Assembly (NCBI RefSeq): GCF_963921235.1
Contig: NC_086118.1
Span: 20,710,001-20,774,000 of the forward strand
Direction: 5' to 3'
DNA: 64,000 nt
DNA from: Mobula hypostoma
Lineage: Eukaryota
Position numbers and translations under genes: made by a program. The notes beneath the pieces were generated by a model. It saw only the letters and a list, made by a program, of their open reading frames with translations, ran no database searches and was not told the origin of the DNA. Positions 23,745 through 38,484 of the stretch are shown here, piece by piece (within the stretch, counting starts at the first letter, position 1; every line of letters starts with the position of its first letter).

Positions 23745-26700
23745 ATAGGTGTGTGGTTGTACTGTGAGATAGTGAAAGGCTGTTAAAAGCCGCACTGCAG
23801 AAAGAGGGGTGCTGCACCAGCTTATCTTCTGCAGTTTGCCTACCAGGAATACATTGGAGTCGATGATGCTGTCATCTGTCTGCTGTACAAAGCCTAGTCC
23901 CATTTGGATAAGCAGGACAGCACTGTGAAGGTCTTGTTTTCTGATTTCTCAAGTGCCTTCAATACCATTCAGTCCTCATTGCTGGGGGAGAAGGTCCACT
24001 TAATGCAAGTTGGCACTTCCATTGTATGCTGAATGGACTACCTGACTGGCAGACCACAGTTTGTGCAGCTTCAGAGTTGTATGTCAGACGTGGCTTAAGC
24101 AGCACTGGGACTTCATTAGCGACTGCATTGGCTGCCTTCCTGTTTACCCTGTATACCTCGATCTTTAGGTACAACACTGAGTCATATCATCTCAGAAATT
24201 CTATGATGACTCAGCATTAATTGGGTGTATAAAAGGGAGGACGGGAGGATGAATACAACATCCTGGTGGAAGACTTTGTCAAATGGTGCAAGCTGAATTA
24301 TCTGCAGCTGAAAGGAGATGGTGATGAACTTTCGGAAGACTGAACTTGTCACTATTGATGGTGTGGATGTGGTGAGGATCTACAAGTGCCTAGGGGTGCA
24401 CCTGAATGACAGACTTGACTGGAGCACAACACAAAGGCTGTGTGCAAGAGGGACTAGAGTTGCCTCTATTTCCTGAGGAGATTGAAGTCCTTTGAAGTAT
24501 GCAAGAATCTCCTCATTTTACTCATTTCTTTTCTTTTTAAATCTTTTTATTAATTATCATTGAAAATCAACAACAAAAAAAAATGAAGTAATCGAGTTGA
24601 CATATCAATATGTACAATAAGAGTTAAGCTGTCAACCAAGTTGAACAATATATCAATAATAATAAAAAAAAACAAAATCTTAAAGCTTTTTTTTGGAAAA
24701 AAGAAAGAAGGAAAAAGAACCCCTGCTGACTAAAAGAAAAAAAAACCCTAACCAAAAAAAAAACCAAAAAAAAACCCCATTTGGAGCACCAACCCGGAGC
24801 TATACGCCATACAATCTTGCATAAAAGAAAGACATCAATCCACCAACCAAATCCATTTACCCAAGGATCAGAAGGGGACCATCTTAATGAACTCAAATCA
24901 AATGATAGTAGTGGGCAAAAGAGCCCCACCTTTTCTCAGAGTCAAATTGAGGATCAAAAGTTCAACTTCTGATTTTCGCCAAACTAAGACATAACATCAC
25001 CTGGGAGAATCATTGTATCAAAGTGGGAGCAGAAGTGTCTTTCCATTTTATTAAAATAGCCCTTCTGGCCAATAGTGTGACAAATGCAATTACATGTTGG
25101 TCTGGTATAGAAACACCATGAATATATTGAGGGATTAATTTTTAAAGCTTTAGACATTGTAGAAAAAATAGATTAAAAAACTGTTTCAATACAGAACACA
25201 ACCAAAATATATGTGCCAATATGGCTGTCTCAGTTTTACATCTATCACACTTACTGTTAACATTAGGAAATATTTTAGACAGTCTCTCCTTTGTCAAATA
25301 ATAACGATGTACAATTTTAAGTTGAATTAGAGAGTGACTGGCACAAATCGATGAAGAGTTAACCAACTTCAAAATTCGCAACCAATCTTCTGTTATCAAG
25401 GTCATGTTAAGCTCTCTTTCCCAATCTTGCTTAATCTTAAGTAAAGGATAATTATCCTGTTCTAATAGTAAATTATAAATTTTCCCAATGAAACCTTTCA
25501 CTAAAGGGTTCATTTTAAAAATAATGTCTAACAGGTCAGAATCTTGTATATATGGAAAATTACTTAAATATTCTTGTAAGAAATGTCTGACCTGAAGATA
25601 CTGCAAAAAGTGTGAGTATGAGAGAGAATATTTAGTTACTAATTTCTCAAAGGACATCAATTGGCCTTCTTGAGACAGATCCATAAAGGAGTATATTCCT
25701 TTATTCTTCCAAAGAGAAAAGGTAGGATCACTAAGTGAAGGTTTAAATAAATAGTTTCGATAAATTAAACTAAGAAGGTTAAATTTTTTAAGATTAAAAA
25801 ACTTACGAAACTGATACCAAATTCGTAATGACTGCTTGTTCATGGGGTATATATTTAGAATAGAAATTTTGGCTAGTTGTACAGGTAAAGAAGCTCCTAA
25901 TAACGAAGTTAAGTAAAATTGTTTCACAGTTTTCAATTCCAGATCAACCCATGGCGGTCGTTCATTTTTATCGGTCCAATATAACTAAGCACATGCATAA
26001 CGCATATTAACCGCCCAATAATACATTCTTAAAGTAAGCAAAGCAAGACTTCCATCCATTTTTAATTTTTGTAAATGGTATTTTCTAATTCTTGGTCTTT
26101 TATTATTCCAAACAAAAGATGAAATAATAGAATCAACCTGATCAAAAAACTTCTTAGTTAGAAAAATAGGAATATTTTGAAATACATCTAAAAAATTTTG
26201 GTAAAATCATCATTTTAACTGCATGAATTCAACCAGCTAATGAAAGTGTAAGTGAATTCCATCTAGAAAATAATTGCTTCATAAAATCCACTAAGGGAAC
26301 TAAATTAGCTCTATAAAGGTCTCCATAATTTTTAGTGATGATAATACCTAAATATTTAAGAGAATCCGTAACTTTAAAAGGAATGTCATCATATATAGAA
26401 GCAGAATCATTTAAAGGAAATAATTCACTTTTATGCAGGTTTGATTTATATCCTGAAAACTTTCCAAATTCATTTAATAATTTCAATAAACTAGGAATAG
26501 ATTCTTCAGGATTCGAAACATAAACTAAGAGATAATCAGCATAAAGGGAAATCTTATAAATAGTCCCATTTATGGAAATTCCTTGAAAACCTTTAGCTTC
26601 ACAAAGTGCAGTAGCCAAAGGTTCCAGCACTAAATTAAATAACAAAGGACTTAACGGACAACCTTGTCTCGTACCCCGTGAAATTATAGAAAAGGGGGAT

Positions 26701-29700
26701 CTGCAGTTATTAGTAATAACAGTGGCAATAGGGCTTTTATATATCATTCTAATCCACATATTAAAATTAGTACCCAAGTTAAATTTCTCTAAAACGTTAA
26801 ATAAGTATTTCCATTCAACTCTTATCAAATGCCCTTTTAGTATCAAGAGAAACAACACATTGGGGAGTCTTCGAGAGGGATGAGTATATAACATTTAACA
26901 GTCTCCAACCTTTTATAAAACCTGTTTGGTACTGAGAAATAATTTTAGCTAGTATATTCTCCAACCGATTAGCCATTATTTTAGAAAGAAATCTAGCATC
27001 CACATTTAATAATGAGATAGGTCTATATGAAGCACAATCAGTAGGGTCTTTATCTTTCTTAAGAATTAAAGAGATAGAAGCTTCATAAAATGTGGATAGT
27101 AACTCTCCTAACAAAAAATAATCTTTAAGCATTTCCAACATATAAGGAGTAAACAAATCTTCAAATTTTTTATAAAATCCTACAGAAAAACCATCCAGTC
27201 GAGCTTTACCAGATTGCATTGAAAGAATAGCTTTCTGAATTTCTTTTTCAGTAAAAGGAGTATCAAGAATTTGTTGATCTTTAACAGATATTCTAGCAAA
27301 ATCAGTCTTTTGTAAAAAGGCATTCATTTTAGAAGGATCAGCTAGAAACTGAGATTTATAGAGTTCACTGTAATAGTCTTGAAAAATTTTATTAATATCT
27401 TCATAATTACAAGCTAAACTACCATCTCCCTTATGAATTTTTAAAATTTGTCTTTTAGCTCTAACTGCCTTTAGCTGGGATGCTAATAGCTTATTACTTT
27501 TATCTCCAAACACATAAAATTGACTTTTCAATTTAAGCAAATTTCTTTCAATAAGATAAGTTAATAGTAAATTATATTGTGATTGAAGTTCAACCCTTTG
27601 TTTAAATAAATCAATATTAGGAGAAACTGCTTAAGTGTTATCCAAGGCTTTAATTTGTTTTGAAATCCTATTTAACTCTATTTTTGTCTGTTTCTTAAGC
27701 TTAGCCAAATAGGAGATTATCTGACCTGACAAATATGCTTTAAATGTATCCCATATAATCAATTTCGACCCATCTCCCGTAATATTAAAAAGAAAAAAAA
27801 TCTTTTATCTGAATCTCTATGAATTTGATAAAGTCCGAACTTTGTAATAAATTTTCTGGAAAACGCCAAGGTAAGTTTACATTACTAACATCATTCAATT
27901 CAAAGGTTAAACTTAAAGGTGCATGATCTGAAACAACAATAGCATCATATTCACATTTCTGGACTTTGGACAAAAATTGGAAATTAGCTATAAATAATCA
28001 ATTCTTGAATATGTTTTATGGACATGTGAATAGAAAGAATAATCTCTATCATTAGGATGTAGATTTCTCCAAATTTCGATCAAACCGTAATCAATTAAAA
28101 AGGAATTGATAAGTGATGCTGCACAACTCGGAAGCTGCTAATTGGTTGAATCAAAAGGTTTAAACAACAGTTGAAGTCATCTCCCATCAGCAATATATAT
28201 TTATTTAAATCTGGTAATAAACCAAATACATTTTTAAAAAAAGAAGGAATCATCTACATTAGGTCCATATAGATTAACCAGGGCAATTTTTGTATTACAA
28301 ATTGTTCCTTTAACAATTAAAAACCTACCATTAATATCTGAGATGATGTCTTCTTGAATAAATAAAATATTAGATTTAATAAAAATAGATACTCCTTTTG
28401 TTTTATTTTGACAAGCAGCATGATATTGAAAGCCCTTCCACGTTTTAAAAAATCTATTTTGATCGCCCGTTCTGATATGTGTTTCTTGAACAAAAATTAT
28501 ATCGGGTTGGAATCGATTAATAATTTTAAAAGTCTTCTTTCGCTTAATAGGGTGATTCCAGCCACGTACGTTCCAACTAATAACATTTATCTGTTTAAAA
28601 CACCATAGGATATCGTTTTTAACACGAAAATACATGCATACCATCGTGGGCTAATCAAAGATGGCAGTGATGAGTATAACCATATAGAAAACACGCATGC
28701 TTGGGAACTCCATAATGGGGAAAAATGCAGGATATATGTAAAAAAACTAAAAAAAAAAATCCCATGAAAAAGCCTAAAATACAAAAATACCCCCAATCCT
28801 CTCACCATCCCAAAAGGTAGAAATCCGGCAAAAAAGAGAGAAAAGGCCGGAATGCATCCCCAGAGAAGAAAAAAGAAGCAGAATTCCATGTGCCACTCAA
28901 TTTAAATAGTGATTTAAAAGTTCTTTCTCTCAATTCCCTCTCCTTTACAAAGAAAACACATGACCCTGATAAGAAAGCCCAACAGAGAAAAAGAAAATGT
29001 TTATACTTAATCATTGAAAATAAACTAGGGAATGCAAAAACAGTCTCCAGAGACGTCAGAGCAATACTATTAGACCTAAACAATATAATCTCTAACAAGA
29101 GAAAATCGGTGCCATTATTCCTTTGGCTTAGTACCCTATTTTAACTAGACACTAAAGCTAATTATCTATTACTAAACACTCCTCACTATATAAGAAAAAG
29201 TCTATATAAACTATAAAAACTATCACTTAATTAATGAAAGGAAAGGAAAAAAAACAGATAATCAAACCAGTTAACAATCTGTCCGCTATGTTAATTCACT
29301 TGGTATAGCAAACAGATTTCAGAAAAGTAATTCGTTAGACAAACCAAGAAGTTCACCTCTTCTTTAAATAATAGTCCATCGATCAAAGGATATCTTCAAC
29401 ATATCAGAAATCTTCAAAGCCTGTTTTCTTTCAGAAAATTATTCAGCAAACCTAATATCCTTCACACGTCAGCCGCCTCCAAGATTGAATTAACATAGTC
29501 CAATGCCGCTTGGGGATCCAAAAAAACATATGGAGTACAATCTTAGGAAATAATTTTAATCGAACAGGGTAGCGGAGCGATGGAAATAATCCCTTTACAT
29601 GGGCTATCTTCATAGCTGGAACAAATTTGATCCGCTGTTCCATAACTTCCCGTGGATAGTCTTCGTAAAAACAAATTTCGGAACCCTTAAATTTTAAAAC

Positions 29701-30878
29701 TTTCTGTTTCCTTGCATATTTTATGATTTGATCTTTAACTTTAAAACGAAGAAAATTGACCAAAATTGGCCGAGATTTACCTGAAATCTGAGAGTTCGAA
29801 CTGAAAATTCTATGAACTCTTTCAAAATCGGGAGGCTGAGGTAGAATATCTGGAAACAGAGATTGAAACAAATTGGCAAAATAGTCCAATAAATTCCCAC
29901 TCTCAGAACCTTCCTTCGGTCCAACAATTCGAATGTTATTCCAACGAGACTTCGCCTCTAAATCGACAATCTTGCGTTGAGCCTGTTCCAAGCGAGTTGA
30001 AATATCCACAATCTGACATTTCGATTCTTTAAACTCAGTCTTCAAGGAAATAATATTTTCCTCTATAGTCTGAAAACTCTGTCGGAATGACTTCAACTCA
30101 GAAGTGCTATTGTCTATTTTGTTGTCAAGAGCCATCAACGCGTGTTCCAAATGCTCAGCCCAGACAGGCATATCTTCTGACTTTTCTTTCGAAGTTTTTC
30201 CCTTTCCATTGCTGGATTCAGAAAGCTGCTTTCCACTTCTTAAAGATTGTGACATAATGATAACTATTCCCTTCCAAGCTCCGACAAACATAAGTTAAAA
30301 ATTCGAAGTTTAAACTGGCAAAAAGGAGGAATTAAAGGCAGCCACAAAATTTGTGTGTTACTTCATTGAGCAGCAGGCAGAAGTCCTCCATTGAGCAGCA
30401 GGCAGAAGTCCTCCACATTTTACCAGTCTGGTGTCGCCGGTATAATCTTCTATGTGGTGGTGTGCTGGGGCAATGGCATCAACAGGGTTTCAATAAACTG
30501 ATTAGAAAGACTGGCTCTGTAATAGGAGTCAAGCTGGACACAATGAGGCTGTAGTAGAGCTAAGGACCCTACAGAAAATCCTGGCAATTCTGGACAATGT
30601 TTCTTACCCTCTGCGTGCCATCTTGGCTGAACAGTTGAGCACTTTTAGTAATAGACTAAAACAACTGCGCTGCTGCAAAGAGCAAGGTAATTCTTACCCT
30701 CGGCCATTAGGCTCTATATTGAGTCAGCTTTTAGCTGGGGAAGTGATAACCTCCTCCTGTTAGACTGTTTGAGGTAACTTATTTTTTATTCTTTCTTCTA
30801 ATATTTGTATATCTGTGCATTTGTAATGCTACTGTGACACTGTAATTTCCTTTAAGATCAACAAAGTATCTACCTATA
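23745..30878 (+). mobile_element. Decayed Rex1/Babar LINE split by an L1 (segments ~23745-24521 and ~30411-30878)
   Basis: LQFAY, LFSDFSSAFNTI and YK.LGVHL motifs on the left; coding-like sequence resumes after the L1 and ends in a 3' tail. Confidence 0.75.
24522..30410 (-). mobile_element. Full-length (~5.9 kb) decayed L1-clade LINE
   Basis: ORF1 29452-30291 (coiled coil, LEAKSRWNNIRIVG). ORF2 pieces: APE (ISWNVRG, QETH, SDHAP), RT (YRPISLLNVD, RQGCPLSPLLF, LYADY) and C-terminal CDRC..H.FW.C. A-rich tail. 13-bp TSD CTCC(T/A)CATTTTAC at 24509-24521 and 30411-30423. Confidence 0.92.
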
Positions 30879-32154
30879 GAATGAAATGTTGAAAAGTTGG
30901 AAGTTATTTCAGGCACCCATAGAGTAGTGCGTTGTATTTTTTTTTGTTATTTTGTGAAGTTAGCATAATTGGTTGAATGAATTCAGAAAATTTTGACTGT
31001 TCTTCCTTTTATTCAGCTGACTGGAATGAAGCTGTGGAACAATTAAAAATTACCTTGGTCCAGATTCAAAGACGGTGATAAGATACGTGCTAAAGCTGGC
31101 ACTGCTTTCAAAATGACCAGGCTTTATTTAGTCTTCTCTTTTCCTCAAATACCATACTGGAGAACTTGTCACATATACTGTGCCATCATAATTTAAATTA
31201 ACTTTCCCAGGCACATGGTTTAAACACATTTTTAAATATCAAGGGGTAAAGGGTTCGTTGAGGAAAATGTGCTGCAGTAAAAGATCTGTCATAACTGTAT
31301 AGAAAGGCAGAATGAGCATAAAGTGCAGAATGGTCTGCTTCCAATGACTGGCACTTTGAATTTGAGATTTGTGATAATTAATAATGATTAATAATGGATT
31401 AATAATGTGAGAATAACAAAAATGCAGCTACTTGTGTGACATCAATTGATGATGTGCATTAAAACTTTGTCTATCTTTGTGAAAAGGTGACAATTTCTCA
31501 AATATTTCAAGGCCAATGCAGTTGTGCAAAATTATGTGGCTTCTCCAGAGCTGCCAGCTTGAAAATCAATATAGAGTTCAGTTCTTTAACCAGCCCAAGT
31601 ATGTGCAGATAATGGTGACTAGAGTGGATATTCTTCATGGTTGTTCATGTCTATTCTTTGGTTTGCAGAAAATGTTTTGACTTGGTTACTTTCAATTTGA
31701 GAGGTTTTGTGGCTAGGCGTATGCAATCTTTGGGGAGAAGTAAAATGGCAGGTTATCTCCGATGGAATTAATCCAATTTATTGTATTCTTGTAAAAGTAA
31801 TTAGCTGCAATCTCTTGGTTTAACTTTCAATTTAAAATATTGATTTGTCTGTTAAACACTAGAAACTATACTTACAACAATTAAAACATTGAAACTGACT
31901 GAAATTAAAAAGAAAAATCTGCTTATCATTTTCCTGGAAGCCAGATTTTTCCTTTAAATGGGACTTTTGTGCTTTCACCAGATTTAACTTGGTGCAAGAT
32001 ATCAGACTAACTTCCTGCCTGAGAGCTAGGAGGTCTCCAGAAGTTCCTGGTGCCCTGATGGACTCTATGGGAAGCTTGCTGGTGCAATATGGGAACATGA
32101 TAGAAGATGCTGACATCAGCTTGCACAGATGTTAGCTGCAGCAACAAACTTTCC

Positions 32155-33140
32155 TGTCACGGACCCCGTGACGGGGATAAAGAATCAGCAGAAATAGAAA
32201 CCACTTTGGAGTCTTGTATTGCTATAAACTAATAGTATTTATTAGTAACTACGCAATACAGTAATATAAATGTAAATAAATCAAACAGGTTAACAATGAT
32301 TATATATAAAAGTAAGTGTGGAATATATATGTATGAAAACCAAGCTTCTTTAAGTCTAGGGGTAAAAAGGTACAGTCTTACGATGTTGAGTAAAGTTCAG
32401 TTCAGTTCAGTTCGTGGTATTTAGTTGAGTAGTGATGGAGAGAGAGAGAGAGAGAGTTGAGTCTTCAGGTCGGCTGATGCCGTCGATCTTCTCGTTGTCC
32501 TCCGAAATCCTTTACAAGTCACTGACTGTGACTTTAACCAGGGGGACTGGTCTTCTGTGGTGGAGCTATCACCCAGGCGAGGGTGGACACATAGACAACT
32601 CCCCACCAGTCAACCCCTTCTTCTTCAAACTGGAATAGCAATTTGGATCAATCCGCCTGATTGATCCTCCAAAACCCACTTTCTCTGCGGGCATAACAAT
32701 GCTCATTCAGTGTCCAGATCATGTGTCCTGAGGTCTGTATCATCTGACCTCCCATTTTTTTCACCAGGCTGAGCATCACCTGTCATTCAAAGAGTCCCTC
32801 CCTCCTTTGTCTGTAAAGGAGTACAAGCAGGCAACATGTCCTTGAAGAAATATCAACAATGTGTTGAAAATCATAACATCGAGTGTCCGCCGCCTTTGGT
32901 CACCATAGCAACCTTTGAGCTGCTCAGTGCTGTCTGTAACTCCAAACTCAGTAAAAATCCAAAGTTACTTCCAATGCCTTAAAGTGACAGTCCAACTGTT
33001 AATCTTCGTCTCTCTCTCTCCCTTCAAAAGCAACATATCGGCGGTAAATAACTCTGTCTCTCTCTCCTTTCCAAACAAACCATCAATGATAAATGTCTCT
33101 CTCCAAACAGTTAATAGGGGTACTCCTGGATCCCCTCACA
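32155..33140 (-). mobile_element. Solo LTR (986 bp)
   Basis: TG...CA ends and 4-bp TSD TTCC (32151-32154, 33141-33144). Minus-strand AATAAA near 32240 suggests the orientation. Confidence 0.75.
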
Positions 33141-33744
33141 TTCCGAAAAAAACATGAGTAAATCCTGTCATTGTTGCCAAGTTCCCGGCTGAGCCATATT
33201 GGTTCTGTTCCACTTGCTTTTCACTTGGGTGACCATTGCAATTTTGTAGCATGCCTAAGGTATCTTCATTTTTGATATGAAAACATTATTTTGCATTTAT
33301 TTTCTTACGTTTACTTTTAACTTAGACACATTCCTGCAGCTTTGGAGCTCAATGAAGGAGTATCAATGACACTCAGTTTTGTTAAAAACTTCCCAGGTTT
33401 TCATCCATATTTGCCCATATATTGTTTGGATTTAGCGCAAAGATAGACTTTGGTTTGGGAAGAATATATGCTAAATATAAATATGCTTGCTCTGCTGCTT
33501 TTTACAAACCATTAACTTAGTTCCCTTCAACAGGCACTTATGGCCTGTTAGTACAATTGACCATTGACTCAGTTGGTAATTGGAAGTACATTTTTCCCAC
33601 AACCAATAAAGGTTCATTGTGTGTGGCAGGGATGTTGTGGAAAGAATTGAATAAGGTTTAACATGTGGCTTTAAGATCAGAATCAGCATTATATACTCCT
33701 GTGTTTGATGATCAGGAAGTTCTGTATAATGTATGATAGATTTG

Positions 33745-33900
33745 GTAGTACTTTGGACTGTGGGAGGGAACCGGAACATCCAAAGGAAACCCATGCAGTT
33801 ATGGGGAGAACGTACAAACTGTTTAGAGGCAGCTGCAGGAACTGAACCCAGGTTGCTGGTACTGTAAAATGTTGTGCTAACCACTATGCTACTGTGCTGC
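33745..33900 (-). mobile_element. tRNA-derived V-SINE fragment
   Basis: Minus strand has gcagcacagtagcatagtggttagc...gggttcagttcc head and gggtttcctttggatgttccggttccctccca core. Confidence 0.65.
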
Positions 33901-35398
33901 ATAATACTAAACAGAATTCAACTTGCATAATGTCTTGGTTCAGAGACTTTTAATGTAGAGAGTTCTGAAGTTTGACCTGTGAGTGAAAATATTACATCTC
34001 ATCTGACTTTGATTAGTGAAACCTAATATTGAGACAGCGATCCCATGTTCTAGTTCCTTCTGCAAGATGATCTATCCACATTGTGTTGATTCCACAAGCT
34101 ATATAAATGTTTAACCTGGTGAGCACCCTGAAAGGATACAAAATGTATATAAATTTTTATTATTTCAGTATGATATAATTGTGACTAAGGGAAAGGAAAA
34201 TCAAGCTCAGTTTTAGTTTACATTATTCAGTTTGGAATGAGAATCAGTATTGGACATAAGCAGTGAAAGTAATTGTGAATATTTTAGTCATGACGGATTT
34301 ATATTTCTTGATACAGCAACAAATATCACCCTTTTGAATTAAAATTAGATTAGATTATGAGGACACCCAGTCTTTGTTTATTGTCATTTAGAAATGCATG
34401 CATTAAAAATGATACAAAATGAGACTAATTCCATGAAAACTATTATTTGGTCCACATGGGGCACAGGTTGTGGAAGAGAGACAAAAAACTGGGGATTCTT
34501 TATTTGGTAAATACCCTGTGTTTACATACATTATGTCTTTTTATTTTAATTTTAAATTTAATTATTCATAAAATATTTCAGATGTTATGTTTGTGTATTT
34601 TTAAGGATTTCATGAAATGAAATTATTGTCCTCTAGAGTAGTTTTAAAGTAATGGGGAACAGTTATTCAATTGATTAATTTTTACCTTGTGCAATATTGT
34701 CCAATAGTAATTCGTGACTTATTAATTTATTAGTCCTAAATGCAAACTTACCTGAAGTCAAGTAGGCTCTTTAATTTAAAGGGTGGATAAGGATTTTTTT
34801 CTTGTATCATGATTTAGATTATAGTGATTATTTTAAATAAGAACCACAGAAAACAATTCTTCTGTTTCCATGAAAATTGTTTTGACATGGAAATTGTTTA
34901 GACATTTCGTAACACTGATATGCAACTATATTAAATTCCTCTCTAAATGAGGACTTAGAACTTTTTGAAATGTTTATTATGTTTGCCAAAATAATATTGA
35001 GCTTTTCTCAGTAGGTATTATAATATGTTGCTACTTTCTTCTTGTGCTAACACTTACTCTGCCACACAGAATGAGTTCTAGTGAGAAAGGAGTGGGAACA
35101 GTTTATGGCTTAATCTGTGGGTCTATGTTGTCCATTGGGAAGTGCCTGCGTACTTGACATACAGCCATAAATAGCCAACTCTTGAAAATCAACAAACTGC
35201 GGCTGCTGGAAATCTGACATAAAACAGAAAATACTGGAACTGCACAGCTAGTAATTTCTAAACTCCTCTCTTGGCCCTGAGTAATGTTCAGGAGGCTTTG
35301 ATCGTTTTGTGGCCCTGAATTCTAATGGCCTCTGGTGTGATATTTCTTAGGCTGTTATGTCATTTTTTGGTGAAATTTTTCATTTTTGTGTATTTCAG

Positions 35399-35545
35399 AC
35401 TTGGGAGACACGTTACATACTTTTATTGTGGTTATCCATGACTTGCTTACTTCCGTTTGATATGGCACGACTTGATGGTAATAACTCTACGCTAGAAGGA
35501 CAATCTAAGATACCTGTTATGGATCAGGTTTTGAATGTAGCAAAG
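35399..35545 (+). CDS. TBCD: TBCD coding exon 5 (TWETRYILLLWLSMTCLLPFDMARLDG...VLNVAK)
   Basis: tttcag acceptor, AAG|gtaaa donor; 147 nt; WETRY.LLLWLS...PFD..RLD motif. Confidence 0.97.
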
Positions 35546-36586
35546 GTAAATGATGTGATATCTATTACACTCATGCAGAATCTTGATAAGACCAAGCATA
35601 TGCAGAGAAGAACATTGGGACAACAATTTCAGATGCTAGAAATATGAAATAAAAAGCAGAAAACGTCAGAAACCCTCAGCAGTTCATGCTAGATCTGTGG
35701 AAAGAGGAACAGTTGACATTTCTGAACCCTGAAGTGCAGAGATGCTAGGATATTAACCTTACTCAATTTATAGATTTTGTTCATGAATATGCGTTGTCGG
35801 AAGAGGTGAGGAAATGCTGAAGAATGCCTTATTGTTATAAGGCCATAAGATATATAAAAGAGTGGCAAGAATATAGGCCGCAGACTTCATCAAGGATATT
35901 ATTGAAGGATAGTTAGAGGTATTTGGGTGAAAATGGAAGCTATTTAAAATGAAGAAATGCTAATCAGAGCAGATGTTTGTGCTGTTTCAGCATGACTGAT
36001 GAGATGTAAAATTGTCAAAGTAGAAGACTGGGTGTCTTGACAATGACAAATTAACAGTTATGCAGAAATGTTATATTGTGAATAAACAGGTCTTCAGTGT
36101 ACCAAACATATTTCATTATTCAATGGTGTGGTGCACTGTGATTATGTAATTTGTTCTGTAATTTCAGATCAATTTGTTTAAAGTGTAAATGCAAAGACTA
36201 CCCTGTTAATTTATCTTTGTTGATATCATGTAACCATTTGTTTGTCGAATAATGCTTTGTCTCTTAGTGCCCACTTTAATGCAAAGAATTTAACCAGCAT
36301 TCTTGCTTCAGATTACTTTTTAACCCAGTTAGCATATTTATAAAGGACAGCTGAACTGTCTCATCCACAGCCTAGATTTGTTTGTAAACAAGTGTACATT
36401 GAAAGTACCCAACCTTTTCAAGGTGTGGGGGTAGGGGGAGGAAGTGAAGTTAACATTGTGTAACAAATGTAATTCCATGATGGTATTAGTTTCTAGCCAA
36501 AAACAGCCAGAGTTGCATAGAAATTTGGATATTATTGATGTTATGCTTTCAGTGTATGATAAGTGTGTATATTTTTTTTATTTTAG

Positions 36587-36642
36587 TCTTACCTGACAGT
36601 TAGTGACAAAGGAAGAGATGCTGCTGCTGTCCTTGTATCCAA
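36587..36642 (+). CDS. TBCD: TBCD coding exon 6 (SYLTVSDKGRDAAAVLVSK)
   Basis: ttttag acceptor, gtaagt donor; 56 nt, phase 0-2. Confidence 0.96.
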
Positions 36643-36664
36643 GTAAGTGTTGCCTGTTGTTTAG

Positions 36665-37470
36665 TTGGTTTCAATAGGTACATTTAATATCAGAGAAATG
36701 TATACAATGTACATCCTGAAATTGTTTTTCTTCACAAACATCCACAAAAACAAAGGAGTGCCCCAACGAATGAATAACACTTAAATGTTAGAACCCCAAA
36801 GACCCCCAGCTCCCCCCATGCAGAAACAGCAGCAAAGCAACGACACCCCCCCACCAGCAAACAAAGCATAGTCACCTCCCCGCTGAGCACTCAAGCTTGC
36901 AGCAAAGCATCAATAAAGGCACAGACTTGCAGTACCCCAAAGACTACTTGTTCACCTGGTATTTGACATACCACAGGCTATCTCTCTTTCCGTAAAAGGG
37001 AAAAAGAGGTGCCCACATTTCACAGTGAGAGGGGGGACATAACAAAGCAACTTGCTGATTTATGGTGTTAAAAGTCTGTTGCGTTGCTTTTTCCGAGCTC
37101 TGTGCCCAAAGAACTCTGGTCTCTGCGCATGCAGCCAGCAGCCAGCTGGCTGCTTTCGAACTTAGATCTCCCACGACGCACCAGGTGGCCACACCGACCT
37201 CGAGTCCGCCCTCCTCCAGGGGCACGAAAATCCGGCATCCTGAAGGTGCACTTGTCTTTCAGGCCGCGTCCTTGGCATATTGAAAAGCGGCTGGTAGTGA
37301 GACCCTGAGAGTGGATCCCATTTCCACAAAGAACTGAAGTCAGCGGGTAACTCCAGGTCAGGGTCTTCAAAAGAACCCTGAAAAGGGGGGAAAGAAGAGA
37401 TGTTTAAGATAGAAATAGAGCTGTTTCCGAAGATGCAAGCAAAGGAGTTGCTATTAGGTGCCATCGTCCT
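36665..37470 (-). mobile_element. Probable non-autonomous LINE-derived (Rex1/L2-like) element
   Basis: GC-richer body; 3' end resembles the Rex1-type tail at 11270-11350; 5' end gatggcacc on minus. No recognisable ORF. Confidence 0.45.
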
Positions 37471-38484
37471 TCTAAGCTTTGCCTATGTTTCTTCTGAATA
37501 TATGAAAATTTTTATCTTGAATTTCATAAGTATCCATGTATGTACGAACAGAAAGATCAAAGATTGAAAAACCTTTACTATTATTATTTCTACTGCCATT
37601 TTTACTTCGTAAAGTCAATTGCACAGCAATGGTGTGGCACTCATTCATTACAGGAGCCTTCAGACTAAATCTCTGCTTATAAGAGAACTCATGATTTTTT
37701 GAGGATGCAGCACAATCATTTGAAGCGGGAATCAGCTATTTGGACCCTTGTGGTTGTTTCACCATTCAGTGAGTCACATGTGTTCTTTTACTTTAGGGCC
37801 ATTTTCCTGCACATTCCTTTAAGTTGCTAAAATTCATGCCTTGAATAAGTTTAGTGTCTTATATCCACAACCCTCAAGTATAAATTCCATGGTTTATCAC
37901 TCTCTGGGATGGGCAATTAACCACATATATTGAGACTTTAGTTTTAACCAACCCTCTCCCTCTCCCCCCGCCAGGGGAAACATTTGCTCTGCATCTATTC
38001 TGTCAAACCCATTAAACATTTTGTATGTCTCTACGAGATCTTCTTTCAGTATTCAAACCAGAATTAAGATCTACTTGGCTTAATCTCTCTTTAAATAAAC
38101 ACACCATCCCAGAAATGTTTGCTTTTGTGGAATTCATTGCAGTATTACATTTGGAATTTATTTGATTTATAGTGTAGCTTTGTGCAGAGGAACACTCTCA
38201 TCTGATTCATTTTGCAGTAGTCCAATAGGTCCTTCACATAGAACTTGTGGAATCACAACTGTATAGAATTTTTTTTCTCATTAAAAGAAGTTATCCCAAT
38301 GGCACTTAATTATCCGTGGCTCCTGTTTTTAATTCAACAGTTGTTCAAATATATGTAATCTGAAATATATGTAATGTGACATAAATACAATTGATGGACA
38401 AACAATGCAGTAGTAACATGTGCCACATAGTGGTGATGTTCAGAATTGCAGGTCTTATTTTGTTTATTTCAACTTTGTGGTTAT

